From the IMG/VR virus record IMGVR_UViG_3300032164_000001: a stretch of 64,000 nucleotides of DNA; one strand, given 5' to 3'. Every line of letters starts with the position of its first letter. The first letter of the stretch is position 1. This document shows positions 25,878 through 37,076 of this stretch, one piece after another. This stretch comes from a virus. The notes under the pieces were generated by a model. It saw only the letters and a program-made list of their open reading frames with translations, was not told the origin of the DNA and ran no database searches. Made by a program: the position numbers and the translations under genes.

Positions 25878-28658
25878 CTATGGCGACACCAGTTGTGCCG
25901 TGGCGCAGGAGCTGATTGACACCTTGTGAATACCCAAAACTGGACCACTGTTAACAGAAGATATAGTAATGAATGGCTGCACAGTGGCAGCAGCAGGAAA
26001 GCTCGATGTGGCGTCACGAGTGGCTTGACCCACCAGAGCACCATTGCCTCGCACGTCGTAGAAGAACTTGTTTCTGGCCAGCATAACTACTCTGCAGACA
26101 TACAAGGTGTCGAGCACTGGACTATCACTGTTCAGTATATCTCTGGTCCACAGTCCACCGTCTTCCCAATACTCACCAACTATTTCCTTGTTGCCGACAC
26201 CGGTTAGAGTTAACATCAATCTGCGCTGAGGTTCACCAACATGCGTTTTGAATCCGAATTGAACCAATGCGTGATCGTTGAAAGAGCCCAAAGAATGATT
26301 GCAGTAGAACGAGAACATGAAAGCTGGCAAATCACTGGCCAACATGTTTGCCGCTGTTGCCATATTCAAGTACTTATCGCCAGTCATCATGTCGACGGCT
26401 GTGACTTCCGTGTGGTTATACCCGCTGTTGGAATATAGAGAAAACGGGGCCGTGCGCGTTTCTACATAGAACGGGCGGCATACAACATTTATTTCTGCAT
26501 TGCTGAGCGGAGACGCACTACTACACAACCAGTCACTCTCGTAAACTCCGCGTGGATTGGAAACAAGTCCGAAAGAGTCTGTGCAGCATCCATTTTGGCC
26601 CGTCGAGATGCCTGACTCGTAGCGTTGATACCTGTCCAAATGCAGCCTGCGTACACTGCTATGATTGACATACGTTGGGTCCAATATCAGGATGTCTGTA
26701 TCTGTAGCTGGTTCCACCGTCGTTCCGTAGAGTCTTGGAATATTTCCATACGCCGTGGCGACCAGTGCACCACCTGTGATGACATCGGAGAATGTGGCTG
26801 TCGTGCCTTTGATTGTACCGGTGAAGATGTCTTGCCAGTGCATGGTATCTGATCCGAGATCATACGTGTCATGCGTGATTGGGATCAGATTGGATTTCAC
26901 CGATTCACCAACTGTCAGATCTCCTGTGAGCGTGGCATCGTGACAATTTACTGCTACAGCAGCTACACTAACATAGGCATCTACAGTCTGCGCAGTTATA
27001 CCATTTATGTTGAGAACGTTGGCAAATAGTGTGTCCCAGCGCAATGAGGGTGAGCCAATGCTGTATGCGACGTTTGCATTTGGAACTAAATCAGACTTTA
27101 CATAACGACCCACCGTTAGATCGTTGGTTAGGATGGCACTAGCACCCTTAAGATCTGTGGTGGCCTCGACATATGTACCAGCCGTTATACTACCGGTGGT
27201 GCTGATACTGGTAGCATTGATGTCCGTGACATGCACACTACCAACGAAGATTTCGCGCCAGACCCTGCCGGATGCACCGAGGTCGAAGGTGGCTGTTTCC
27301 AATGGCACCAAGTGGCTGTTGACCCCCATGTCCACACCTGTGCCAACAGTGAGGGCGTCTGCTTCCACCAAACCAGCGTCCACATATGGAGTTTCAACAC
27401 TGGCTGATTCAACAACTCCAGATACGATAACTGTTGCACCGCGGAATGCCGAGGCGAATACGAAGTCCCAGCGAGCCGCATCGGCTCCCAGATCATAGGT
27501 GTTACCCACGGTGGGCACCAGGTTGGATTTGACACCGCCCTTCACTGTAATGTCACGCAGTAGCGCATCCCATGAAAGACTCGCTGTACCGAATGCGGTG
27601 CCATTGACAGCTGGCGACAACACTCCGGCAATGCTGTTGTCGCCGCCACGAAAGACACGGCCGTTGACAGCATTCATGATGGCAGTGAGCTGCGCCTGCA
27701 GCGTGGTGGATGTGAAGGAGAGAGGAGCGGCTTGCGTCGGCGTCTGCAGTGTACCGGTCTGGGCAATGGAGCCAATGCAACTCGTTCCGCCGACCGTGGT
27801 CTTCTTGGATAAGTCCGCCACGATGCCATCAAGACCGGCCTTGACGGTTGTTGCTCCGCCAACATTCCCACCATGGCCATCGGCCCATACCGCTGTACTA
27901 GGATAGAGAATGTTCACGGCGGTGTGTTGATCGCTACCACCGGAAGCATGAGCGTTGTACATCGTAAGGAGGTCTTCGATTGCCTCACGGGTGGTTAATG
28001 CAACAATGGTCTTGTGGGGGGTGGCGGAGCAGGTGACACGGAAGAAGACTTCTTTTCGGTCTTGATCGTGACCGATGTAGACAGAGGAGCCCGTTACATT
28101 CTTGATTTGCACATCGGTGATAAGCAGTTTACCGTCTTCACGGACTGGCTTGTCGGCAACAAGTAGAGATCCAATTGTCTTCTCGATGCCCATGGATACG
28201 TAGAAATGGAATGACTCGGCTCGACTGAAGTAGACCAGGTTGTCGTAGCCATCGTAGCGTTGATCTGAGAGCAGGCGATCGTAGACAGCGAAGATGGTAA
28301 CCCAGCGCTCCTTGCCAACGGCAGGTTTCGTATCTACACCGCCCGTGGGCACTCCACCCTGGCCAATGGCTGTAGTGCCGGTGCTCGTCGGTGTCACGGT
28401 GAGACTTGCACCCGTGCACACACGATGTCCACTGTCATCATAGGCTGCGCCATCGGTGATGGAAATATTCAAGCCTGTCGTATGCGTAGCATCCCAGCCC
28501 CAGAAGATGCCTCCATACTCGGCTTCATTCGCTGGGTCTCGGCATAGGCCCGTGTCGAACATCATTTGCCAGTCGGATGTTTCTAGCGCACCGAATGAAT
28601 TGTCGAGTTCATTCTCTAGCACTAAATGTTCGTAATACCAATCCCAGCGATTCGACAT
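25878..28658 (-). CDS. tail fibre-like protein
   Basis: Follows the P2 gpI-like gene. Repeats of S.LVP....YDLG....RW..F. Confidence 0.7.
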   Translation of the reverse strand: MSNRWDWYYEHLVLENELDNSFGALETSDWQMMFDTGLCRDPANEAEYGGIFWGWDATHTTGLNISITDGAAYDDSGHRVCTGASLTVTPTSTGTTAIGQGGVPTGGVDTKPAVGKERWVTIFAVYDRLLSDQRYDGYDNLVYFSRAESFHFYVSMGIEKTIGSLLVADKPVREDGKLLITDVQIKNVTGSSVYIGHDQDRKEVFFRVTCSATPHKTIVALTTREAIEDLLTMYNAHASGGSDQHTAVNILYPSTAVWADGHGGNVGGATTVKAGLDGIVADLSKKTTVGGTSCIGSIAQTGTLQTPTQAAPLSFTSTTLQAQLTAIMNAVNGRVFRGGDNSIAGVLSPAVNGTAFGTASLSWDALLRDITVKGGVKSNLVPTVGNTYDLGADAARWDFVFASAFRGATVIVSGVVESASVETPYVDAGLVEADALTVGTGVDMGVNSHLVPLETATFDLGASGRVWREIFVGSVHVTDINATSISTTGSITAGTYVEATTDLKGASAILTNDLTVGRYVKSDLVPNANVAYSIGSPSLRWDTLFANVLNINGITAQTVDAYVSVAAVAVNCHDATLTGDLTVGESVKSNLIPITHDTYDLGSDTMHWQDIFTGTIKGTTATFSDVITGGALVATAYGNIPRLYGTTVEPATDTDILILDPTYVNHSSVRRLHLDRYQRYESGISTGQNGCCTDSFGLVSNPRGVYESDWLCSSASPLSNAEINVVCRPFYVETRTAPFSLYSNSGYNHTEVTAVDMMTGDKYLNMATAANMLASDLPAFMFSFYCNHSLGSFNDHALVQFGFKTHVGEPQRRLMLTLTGVGNKEIVGEYWEDGGLWTRDILNSDSPVLDTLYVCRVVMLARNKFFYDVRGNGALVGQATRDATSSFPAAATVQPFITISSVNSGPVLGIHKVSISSCATAQLVSP

Positions 28659-28667
28659 GTGTTTTAC

Positions 28668-31600
28668 CTATACTTGTCTGAAGCCAATGAAATGCGTGTG
28701 TGCTGGACGCATGAAATCGACGATCTGGGTGATGACACCCTTTTCATCATTGGTGAGCGTGGCAGAATGTTCGATCCAGAACGAGTAGCGCACGAATGAG
28801 AGTGATGGGCCAAGATATGTGTTGCGCCCGAGGTAGCTCTTGCCGAGTTTCCAGATGTGCGATGGGATTTCCCATGGTACGACGTCGACTGTTTTGCCAG
28901 TGAAGAAGGCCACGGCATTCTCGATGCCGATGTCAGTTCCACGCTGCTTGTACATTGGCACCAGCAACGGAATCAAGTCGCGCTTCTTCTGCGTGGTGAG
29001 TCCGCCAACGAACTTCAGCTGGTTGCCGAGGTGTTCAAGGAGAACGTCGACGACGGCATCTGGCGTAGCCACCGGGTCGAGGATTGAACCGAACCGGTCG
29101 ACATCGGCCAGCATCACCTGAGTCACTTCGTTGAGACAGCGGATGAAGCGCTCCAGATCGCGCGAAGCGTCCTCGTCGCGGTTCATCTGCGGGATCATCT
29201 CCCACAGGTCAAATTCACGCCCGGGAACGGATGCAGGCTGCCACGAGGTGAATGGGAACGTGGAGCCGATCTCATTGCCGGCCGAGTCCTGCACCTGCAC
29301 GATCTCCAGTAGGTAGTCGGCATTCGGCGTCAGGTCGTCGATGAAGTTGATGACGGCGAAGCGAGTGATGCGCTCATAGTATGGAATCGTCAGCGGGTCA
29401 GCCTCGGACACAGTCTTGACGATTGGAGAGTAGATCGGCAGGAGCGCTGGTGCAGCTGGGAAGACGGGAACAAGACGATAGGGGCTGACAACCAAGGTTG
29501 GAGCAGTCTCGGTTAGCATGTCAGCTGGGGTCTCATCGACGAGCGAACCGTCGACCCGGACCAGTGAGGCAGACAGACGCTCCAAGATCTGGAAGTTGCC
29601 ATTGTTCACGGCGTTGCGGGCACCGTGCGAACCGATGAACAGGCTGACCTCGTCACTGACGAAGTTGGCCACTGGGGCCTCAATCACGTTGTACTTGTAG
29701 GTTCCACCACCCATGGCATAGCGTGCATAGTATGCTATCCTGCCAGAGACGTCTCTGGCATACAGGACAGAGTACGGACTCGAGCTGTCCTGTAGCATGT
29801 CCTCCGAGAACTCGAGGCGGAGCTTTCGTGGAGACCAGGAGATGATCTCTTCCAGATGTGGCTGGAGCCAGTCTTCAACGACGAACTCGTGCTTGGCCTC
29901 CGTCGTATAGCCACCAGTCCGGTTGGCCTGAATGCGTACCTGGATCCGGTTCTCTGAGATGAAGTCTGTCGCATGGGAGAGTGCGACGCTCCACACGTCG
30001 GGCGTCGAAGCACCCGGTGAGCAAGTCTTCGCCTGTGAGACAGACCAGCCAGTGGCCAGGAAGACCGTGCTGCCGTCGTTGCCCTGGTAGACGAGCTCGG
30101 AGTTGCCATTCAGCCACGCCCAGACGTTTAAGTCGGTGAAACCCGGAGTCGCGGCTGCACTGAAGACAGAGAAAGAGATGACTTCATCCTTCCTGGCTTC
30201 ATAGAAAGTGGACTCAGCGACGTAGGGAGTGGTGAGATCGGTGTCTATAATCGGAAATCCGAGGTTCGCTGTGTCGGTCACAATTCTGATGCTGCTGCCA
30301 ACTGGACGACACAGCTTGTCGGCGATCGGGTTCACCGGCATGAGTCGTACATGCTCGCTGTCGAGTGTACGACCGGCGAAGAGGTATGGGATGGCACGTG
30401 AGTTGATTTGTGCGGCGAGCTTGACAGCCGTGATCACTGGATCTGGAAACTCTGCCTCGGTGAATGTGATCGTGTGAGTGCTGGCTGCCGCGTACACGCC
30501 GCCATTCCAACCGCCCATGAAGTCATGGCCGGACTCATCCTGCCACGGTTCCTGGGAAAGCACGACGTCGGTCGTGCTGAGGATGGATTCGATGACGTAG
30601 TCGAAATTGTTGATGCCATCCGTCGCTGCTGCAACACGAATGATGCGCCCGACATCGATTGCAGTAAAGGCTCCATTTACAAGATGAATGGTTCTGGAGA
30701 CTCGTGTAATCGTGTCACTGGCCGTACCAGTGACCAACCGAACAGGAACCTTGCCGAGCTCCACAATCAGTGTGTCGCCCTCGTGAATGGTGAATGGCTG
30801 CGCCGTGGATTCCACTCCGCCCGGCACTGGTGGAGCGGGGAACCTGTTGCCGACATAGGGCTCTGGTTCTCCTGTACCCTCGAGAGGCAGCTCGACCCTA
30901 TCCACATAGAATGCGCCGAGTGGGCAGCGAATCGTGCCCACGTCGGCCATTGTGACGAAACTGTAACTTTCGTCATATGTGAAGTTTCGGTCCTGGTCTT
31001 CCATGGTCACGCCAAGGAGGACTGGCGTGAAGTCCGGAAAGAGTGCTGACGGGGCAGGTGGAGTTATGGTGTACTTGTAGCCCTGATACAGCTGGTCGGT
31101 CTGCTTGGCAACGGTCCAGCCGTTCTGCTGTGTGCCACCAGAGTAGACAATAACCCATGCACTGGAGCCGTACTTCACCCGGATGACCGTCTTCAGGTCT
31201 GCTACACCACGCGCTGGCGTCGGAGTCGCCGTGAACTCGTTGGCTGCAACCAGCTTGACATGTGCCTCGCGCTTGGCAATCCGATCGGCAACATATAAAG
31301 TGATTGGCGAATCGGTGCGTACATTCGTCTGGCCATCTTCTGGCGTTGTGCGTACGAGATCGATGAACGGTTCGCTGAGTTGTGCAGGGGCAACGGATGA
31401 AGAAATATCAAACGAGTCCAGGCCAAGAAGCCACAATGGCGTCGGCACGCTTGGCTGCTGCTGATCGAACTCGGACTGGAGCAGATTGGTGATCACCTCA
31501 TCGGTACGAAATAAGATCGACTCCACTGCACCAGGGGAATACTGCTCCAACCACGTGGCAGCATAGACCTCCAGCTGTTGATCGCTGAGCGCCCACTCCA

Positions 31601-31736
31601 TCAGCATGTCAACGGTTTCGTCTGCACGGTAGAAGATCGATTGCTCGTCATCCGGAGTGCAAACCATCAACCACGACGATGCGTCCGACGCTTGCCACGT
31701 GTCGAGTTCTGCAATACCGTAGTCTGTAGCTGTCAT
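28668..31736 (-). CDS. baseplate/tail protein with Ig-like domains and C-terminal P2 gpI-like domain
   Basis: C-terminal L..MIPQMNR..D...DP...P......L.HLG...YKQRGT..GI...RPAHT pattern. Confidence 0.75.
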   Translation of the reverse strand: MTATDYGIAELDTWQASDASSWLMVCTPDDEQSIFYRADETVDMLMEWALSDQQLEVYAATWLEQYSPGAVESILFRTDEVITNLLQSEFDQQQPSVPTPLWLLGLDSFDISSSVAPAQLSEPFIDLVRTTPEDGQTNVRTDSPITLYVADRIAKREAHVKLVAANEFTATPTPARGVADLKTVIRVKYGSSAWVIVYSGGTQQNGWTVAKQTDQLYQGYKYTITPPAPSALFPDFTPVLLGVTMEDQDRNFTYDESYSFVTMADVGTIRCPLGAFYVDRVELPLEGTGEPEPYVGNRFPAPPVPGGVESTAQPFTIHEGDTLIVELGKVPVRLVTGTASDTITRVSRTIHLVNGAFTAIDVGRIIRVAAATDGINNFDYVIESILSTTDVVLSQEPWQDESGHDFMGGWNGGVYAAASTHTITFTEAEFPDPVITAVKLAAQINSRAIPYLFAGRTLDSEHVRLMPVNPIADKLCRPVGSSIRIVTDTANLGFPIIDTDLTTPYVAESTFYEARKDEVISFSVFSAAATPGFTDLNVWAWLNGNSELVYQGNDGSTVFLATGWSVSQAKTCSPGASTPDVWSVALSHATDFISENRIQVRIQANRTGGYTTEAKHEFVVEDWLQPHLEEIISWSPRKLRLEFSEDMLQDSSSPYSVLYARDVSGRIAYYARYAMGGGTYKYNVIEAPVANFVSDEVSLFIGSHGARNAVNNGNFQILERLSASLVRVDGSLVDETPADMLTETAPTLVVSPYRLVPVFPAAPALLPIYSPIVKTVSEADPLTIPYYERITRFAVINFIDDLTPNADYLLEIVQVQDSAGNEIGSTFPFTSWQPASVPGREFDLWEMIPQMNRDEDASRDLERFIRCLNEVTQVMLADVDRFGSILDPVATPDAVVDVLLEHLGNQLKFVGGLTTQKKRDLIPLLVPMYKQRGTDIGIENAVAFFTGKTVDVVPWEIPSHIWKLGKSYLGRNTYLGPSLSFVRYSFWIEHSATLTNDEKGVITQIVDFMRPAHTHFIGFRQV

Positions 31737-31772
31737 CGTCTATTGCTGTCGCAATCTACTGCTGATGCTATT

Positions 31773-32933
31773 CTAATGCTGTGGCGTTATTCCTGGCCAC
31801 GGCCAACAGATACCATGCCTGAAGTGAAAATAGTCCAACAGGTCGGTCCCTGGTGAATTGAATGCTGTCCTGACATTGGTCCCGGTGTGCAGACAGATGT
31901 CCGGTTCTGCCAGTCTGCCAAGAAGTTCATATCTGCCATCCACGTTGTCATAGTCTGTGATGACCACAAATCCCTTGAATACATCAAACCTATCAGGGCC
32001 GCCTGCACTCAACCTGGCATTCTTCTCCCGACTCGTCCAGTTTGGGAATGAGTTGGCACATCCACTGTAGGTGGCGTCCACCATGTACAGTGGATAGAAC
32101 GCTGCACGCTTGCTGTCCCGCATCGTGCCGTAGCCCATGTAATTTACATCGGCGTTTCTCCAGCATGAGCCGTTACCTCCAGCGCCAGCATAATAATAGG
32201 CAGTGGACGTCGTGCCAAACACTGCAAGCTGCTCATCGGTTGAATGCCCGATGTCATACGGTGTGACTTCGGTGACGAGAACGGCGTTGTGTATTGCTGT
32301 GGTTGTGGAGTTGTGCATGAGAATGGAAACACTAGTTCCATCCGAACTAGCTGCACAGTAGAACCAAGCTGTGGCGGCGGTCGCAGAACCAATGTATCGT
32401 GTGGGATGCCAGTTGCCGCCCATCGATACATAGACATCGATTCGAGGATTCGTGGCGGTCCCGTAAAGAAGTTTCAATTGCCAGGCCTTTACACTTGGAC
32501 TGGCGATCGTGAAGTAGTCACTGACAGCTGGAAGTTGATAAGTAGCTGCCAACAATTTCCAGGTGAGTCCGGTCTCTACATGTGGATATTCTAGAGTAGC
32601 AGAACGAAAGTCGATGGTCACAGTGTTGGCGTCGACGTAGGCCGTGATCTTGTACCAGCCTGCATTCAACGCATCGGTTGATTGTACTAAGATCCATTTA
32701 CCCACGTCACCGACCACAAAAGAGGCAGCTGTGCTATCGATGAAATTCTTGTCGGTGGCGCTCAGCTGGCCATTCGACCCGGTCTTCTCCACCATGTCCC
32801 ACAGGGCTGCCACATCCACCGCTGTGAATCCTATGCAGTGGCGCAGGAACAGATAGATGGCCTTCATGGCAAATGGAACACCGGTGGTCCCACCACCAGT
32901 CGTTTGCAACTCTCTGATCCACAGCATCGACAT
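31773..32933 (-). CDS. tail-associated paralogue, type B (divergent)
   Basis: W.RE N-terminus, IDF.S...EYP and GRYELLGR...WPWPG shared with the 416-aa and 421-aa ORFs. Confidence 0.75.
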   Translation of the reverse strand: MSMLWIRELQTTGGGTTGVPFAMKAIYLFLRHCIGFTAVDVAALWDMVEKTGSNGQLSATDKNFIDSTAASFVVGDVGKWILVQSTDALNAGWYKITAYVDANTVTIDFRSATLEYPHVETGLTWKLLAATYQLPAVSDYFTIASPSVKAWQLKLLYGTATNPRIDVYVSMGGNWHPTRYIGSATAATAWFYCAASSDGTSVSILMHNSTTTAIHNAVLVTEVTPYDIGHSTDEQLAVFGTTSTAYYYAGAGGNGSCWRNADVNYMGYGTMRDSKRAAFYPLYMVDATYSGCANSFPNWTSREKNARLSAGGPDRFDVFKGFVVITDYDNVDGRYELLGRLAEPDICLHTGTNVRTAFNSPGTDLLDYFHFRHGICWPWPGITPQH

Positions 32934-32946
32934 GTGACTAACTCCG

Positions 32947-34197
32947 TCAGTACCAGATTCGGGCTGGGCCAACCCCTGGCCACGGGATCATGAAACCATT
33001 CTGCAGGACCAAGAAGTCCTTATTCGTTTGCCATGTGACAGGAAAGAAACGCTTCTGCCTGCGCTGGCTTAAGACGTTCCAGTCAACGTTCCAGCCATGT
33101 TCCGTAACGCTCTCAAAACCACACGGAATTGTCCAATGTCCTTTCACTCTACCATATAATTGATACTGACCTTCGACATTGTCGAAGTCGTGTATAAAGT
33201 ATGTGCCATACCGCACTCCCAGTCTGTCTCCGTTGCGATGATTTACCTGCGCCCCACGTGGAAATCTAGTGTACTCTAATGTATTAGTGCATCCACCGAT
33301 AGATAACTCAATCGGATAGATGTACTTCTGCGCATTGGCGGCCATGTTCCATATGCGTCCGAAACCCCAAAGATCATGTGTCCGTGTTTGCCTGGTGAGA
33401 CCAAGCCCCCAGGAAGTGGTGACATTGCCATTCAATGCGGTTAGCTCCAGTGTATCATGTCCAGTTTCCACTGGATCAATTCTTCCTACACTGATCATAT
33501 TGGTGGCCGAAGCATAATTGTTGCCGCCGTATTCCAACTGTGTGGCGAGCAAATTCAACCACTCTCCGTCATAATCACCTTCTACCGAGTACAAATTTGA
33601 TTCATTACTTCCACAAAGCAAAGCTGGTGTTTCTGCCGCACCGAGTATTTTACCATTGGCCCAAACCCCGTCAACACACACCTGTGCCGTTAGCGCAGCA
33701 CCTGAGATGGTTAATCGGATTGCCCAACCGGTTGCATGTCTGGACTGCAACGAAATGACATCTCCGTTAGTGGATGGCACCTGATAGTCATCACTTAGCA
33801 ACCACCATGTAACCGCTGAACTGGCCGTGGGGTACTCAGTTGGACCACTGGCGAAGTCTATAGTAATATTGCTTGTATCCACATACCCAGTTATCCTATA
33901 GGCTCCACCATTCTGTGGATTAGTGTCATCCCGAATGAAAATCCATGATTCCACATCAGTCGATGCAAATACGTCACCGGATGTTCTGGTGAAGTTGAAA
34001 CCAGTGCCGGTGACATCACCGACTCCAGTCTTTTGATAAGACACAAAACTTTTCCCACCAGCCACTGTCTCAGACTGAAGTGTGTAGCCCATCACTCGGT
34101 TGATGAAAAACGGAATGACTTTTTTCCAAAAAGTGCTGGTCCAGTATTTGTAATTGTAAGCGCTGCCTGGTATCTCGCGTAGCCATCTGCTGCCCAT
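32947..34197 (-). CDS. tail-associated paralogue, type B
   Basis: Closely similar to 35796-37061 along its whole length. Confidence 0.8.
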   Translation of the reverse strand: MGSRWLREIPGSAYNYKYWTSTFWKKVIPFFINRVMGYTLQSETVAGGKSFVSYQKTGVGDVTGTGFNFTRTSGDVFASTDVESWIFIRDDTNPQNGGAYRITGYVDTSNITIDFASGPTEYPTASSAVTWWLLSDDYQVPSTNGDVISLQSRHATGWAIRLTISGAALTAQVCVDGVWANGKILGAAETPALLCGSNESNLYSVEGDYDGEWLNLLATQLEYGGNNYASATNMISVGRIDPVETGHDTLELTALNGNVTTSWGLGLTRQTRTHDLWGFGRIWNMAANAQKYIYPIELSIGGCTNTLEYTRFPRGAQVNHRNGDRLGVRYGTYFIHDFDNVEGQYQLYGRVKGHWTIPCGFESVTEHGWNVDWNVLSQRRQKRFFPVTWQTNKDFLVLQNGFMIPWPGVGPARIWY

Positions 34198-34209
34198 CTG
34201 ATACTCCTT

Positions 34210-35721
34210 CTAACAACTTGACGGAAATGCGCGTTGATACCAGTTTTGTGCACCGTTCCACTTGAAGGCCACGCCGAACTGTGGATGCAACCATTCTTTA
34301 TTGGCACCAAATGCAGACATGCTCCTATTTCCGGGACTGCAACACCACACATACTTGAACTTACCACGGAGCTCCATGTGCCCAGTGGTTCTACTCTCTA
34401 GAATGAGTGGGGCCCGCCATACCTTTTTGCTGTGCATAGATATGGCGCGTCTTGCTGACTTAGACCAATTAGTATCAGCTTGCGGAGAGCAGTGAAAGTA
34501 ATTGAGATAATATGCCACGGTGGTAGTATCGTCATACGACAATCCACGAGCGGTGTAGCCAAGGGAATCTTGACCGGTACCATAGCCAATCCAAGATCGA
34601 TTTGCTTGTCCACTCTTCAGCGCTACGAAAACAACAGGTCGTGGATCAACTTTTGGCTGATAAGAATTCAATTCGCCCACATGATGCCATGAACAGTAGT
34701 GCACCTTCAGGTATGGATAGCTCTCCCATCCTCTTGGAAACTCATCATATTCATGCACCGCATAGATATTGAAGTGGTCTACATCAGCTTCAGCAAACAG
34801 TGTCTCCATGTTTATTACTGTACCAGCTTGATTGTACCACGAAGGCTCGAATATGGACGATGTATACTTGCTGTCGTTCCACGTGTGCGTGCCAGAATTC
34901 CAAGAAGCAAATGGGCTTAATATCATTTCTGGGAATGGTGGTTCGGCAGTACCATGCACTTTCATCCACAGATGAAAGTCATAAGAAATGTTCCAACTGA
35001 GCGCTGATGTCTCATCTGCTCCATCATTATTGACGTATGTAATCTGTGTTGGCCCGCCGCAGGCCGTGATCACAAAAGTGCCATTGTTGTCTGTATTCGT
35101 ACAGCCTGATAGCGTAATGCTTTTACCAACATCAGTGGCTTGAAAATTGGCTGCGGCGTCAGTCAGTGTTGCGTTGAAGCCAGTCATGGCAATGGAATCG
35201 CCAGTGCCGGCTCCAACATTCAAACCGGCGCCAGTATACCCTTTACCACCAAGAATGATTGTGTCATCCTCTGCTGGTACGTAATCAGCATGCACCTTCC
35301 ACAGCGACCAGTGTAGATTCGCATGGCCATCGGGCATGCAATCAGAGTGCGGGCCAGAGTACTTATGTAGTTGCAACGTGTACGTCGTTCCAGCGTTTCC
35401 GATGTACGCTTGTATCTTGTAGATGCCATCTCGTGCTTGATATGGAGCAGTGAAGTTCGTAATTGTCAGATACGACCCAACATCTGTAGAGGAGAACACG
35501 TAACCCGGAGACGGCAACTCGATGGTGTTGAAGCTTGTGGTTTCACCAGTGAGACCAGTGGCTGCATAATTGTCCCATTTAGTACCAATCGCCTTATCAA
35601 CTACAGACCACCCGGCTACTTTCAGGAATTCTACCAGCCAGCGTCCTGCAACTCTGCTTCCCCATAGACCGGTGGAGCCCATACCGTCCCATTGAAAACC
35701 GTTTTGGTACCGCTGCGCCAT
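34210..35721 (-). CDS. tail-associated paralogue, type A
   Basis: Closely similar to 37077-38561. Confidence 0.8.
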   Translation of the reverse strand: MAQRYQNGFQWDGMGSTGLWGSRVAGRWLVEFLKVAGWSVVDKAIGTKWDNYAATGLTGETTSFNTIELPSPGYVFSSTDVGSYLTITNFTAPYQARDGIYKIQAYIGNAGTTYTLQLHKYSGPHSDCMPDGHANLHWSLWKVHADYVPAEDDTIILGGKGYTGAGLNVGAGTGDSIAMTGFNATLTDAAANFQATDVGKSITLSGCTNTDNNGTFVITACGGPTQITYVNNDGADETSALSWNISYDFHLWMKVHGTAEPPFPEMILSPFASWNSGTHTWNDSKYTSSIFEPSWYNQAGTVINMETLFAEADVDHFNIYAVHEYDEFPRGWESYPYLKVHYCSWHHVGELNSYQPKVDPRPVVFVALKSGQANRSWIGYGTGQDSLGYTARGLSYDDTTTVAYYLNYFHCSPQADTNWSKSARRAISMHSKKVWRAPLILESRTTGHMELRGKFKYVWCCSPGNRSMSAFGANKEWLHPQFGVAFKWNGAQNWYQRAFPSSC

Positions 35722-35795
35722 TGTTCACACCCCCCGTGTAGTGCGGATGCATCGTCCGATCTCTAACGAACCAAGCATTCCACCGATCTTTTCCA

Positions 35796-37061
35796 TTATT
35801 CCCAAGTGCGGGCTGGGCCAACACCTGGCCATGGAATCATGAAGCCATTCTGCAGGACCAAGAAGTCCTTGTTCGTCTGCCAGGTGCAAGGGAAGAAACG
35901 CTTTTGCGGACGTTGGTCTAGATTCCAGTTGTAGTTCCCTGAACAACTTTCAAAAATCGGCAATGTCCAGTGTCCCTTCACCCGACCGTATAACTGATAT
36001 CGCCCTGCAATGTTGTTTTGATCCATGATGAAATAAGTGCCATAGCGCACTTCTAGTTTGTCACCCAATCGTCTATTCACCTGTGCAGTGCGAGGAAAGC
36101 GTTGCCACTCGATAGTATTGCCTAGACCACCGATTGACAACTCTACCGGGAATATATATTTCTCTGCATTGGCTGCAACATTCCAGACTCGTCCGAGACC
36201 CCAAGTATCGTTGTACCCTGCTGCCACTTGTGAAAGTCTAGAGCCGCAATAGCTGTCCGGGCCATATCCGCCATTCAACGCAGTCAATTCCAATGTATCG
36301 TGACCGGTTTCCACTGGATCTATTCTGGCCACACTGACCATGTCAGAGCGCATCCAGTTTGCATCCTGCCAGCCACTTTGTTCAACTTTTGTCACGATTA
36401 GATTGAGCCACTCGCCATCATAGTCGCCTTCGACACTGATCACGGTGGAATCATAAGGTCCATAGTGCATGGCTGTTGGAGCCGAGCTTGCACCCAGTAT
36501 TTTGCCGTCAGCCCAGTTGCCATCGACACAGACTCGTGCCCAGAAATAACGCATCCCACTTGAATTGTTGATCGTGAGGCGAATAGCCCATCCGGTTGAA
36601 TGTCTAGATTGTAAATCGACGGTGTCATTACTTGTTACTGGTACTTGATAACTCTGACTTGTGAGCCACCAGTTCACACTGGCACTGGCCGTTGGAAACT
36701 CAGTTGGTCCTCCGGCAAAGTCTATGATCACATTGTTTGGATCTACGTATCCAACTATTTGATATGCACCGCCATTCCTTGGGTTTGCATCATCACGAAT
36801 GAATAGCCATGAGTTGACATCCGTTGATGCAAATACGTCACCGGATGTTCGAGAGAAATTGAATCCAGTACCAGTCACATCGCCAACGCCTGTCTTCTGA
36901 TGAGATACAAAACTATTTCCGCCGGTCACCGTTTCCGATTGAAAAGTGTAGCCCATCACACGATATAGGAATAGAACAACGGCCTTGCACCAGAATCTAT
37001 CAGACCATGCCCTCGAACCGGTTGCACTTGCTGGTATTTCACGCAGCCATCTACTACTCAT
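35796..37061 (-). CDS. tail-associated paralogue, type B
   Basis: Closely similar to 32947-34197. Confidence 0.8.
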   Translation of the reverse strand: MSSRWLREIPASATGSRAWSDRFWCKAVVLFLYRVMGYTFQSETVTGGNSFVSHQKTGVGDVTGTGFNFSRTSGDVFASTDVNSWLFIRDDANPRNGGAYQIVGYVDPNNVIIDFAGGPTEFPTASASVNWWLTSQSYQVPVTSNDTVDLQSRHSTGWAIRLTINNSSGMRYFWARVCVDGNWADGKILGASSAPTAMHYGPYDSTVISVEGDYDGEWLNLIVTKVEQSGWQDANWMRSDMVSVARIDPVETGHDTLELTALNGGYGPDSYCGSRLSQVAAGYNDTWGLGRVWNVAANAEKYIFPVELSIGGLGNTIEWQRFPRTAQVNRRLGDKLEVRYGTYFIMDQNNIAGRYQLYGRVKGHWTLPIFESCSGNYNWNLDQRPQKRFFPCTWQTNKDFLVLQNGFMIPWPGVGPARTWE

Positions 37062-37076
37062 TTGTTACTCCTTTTT

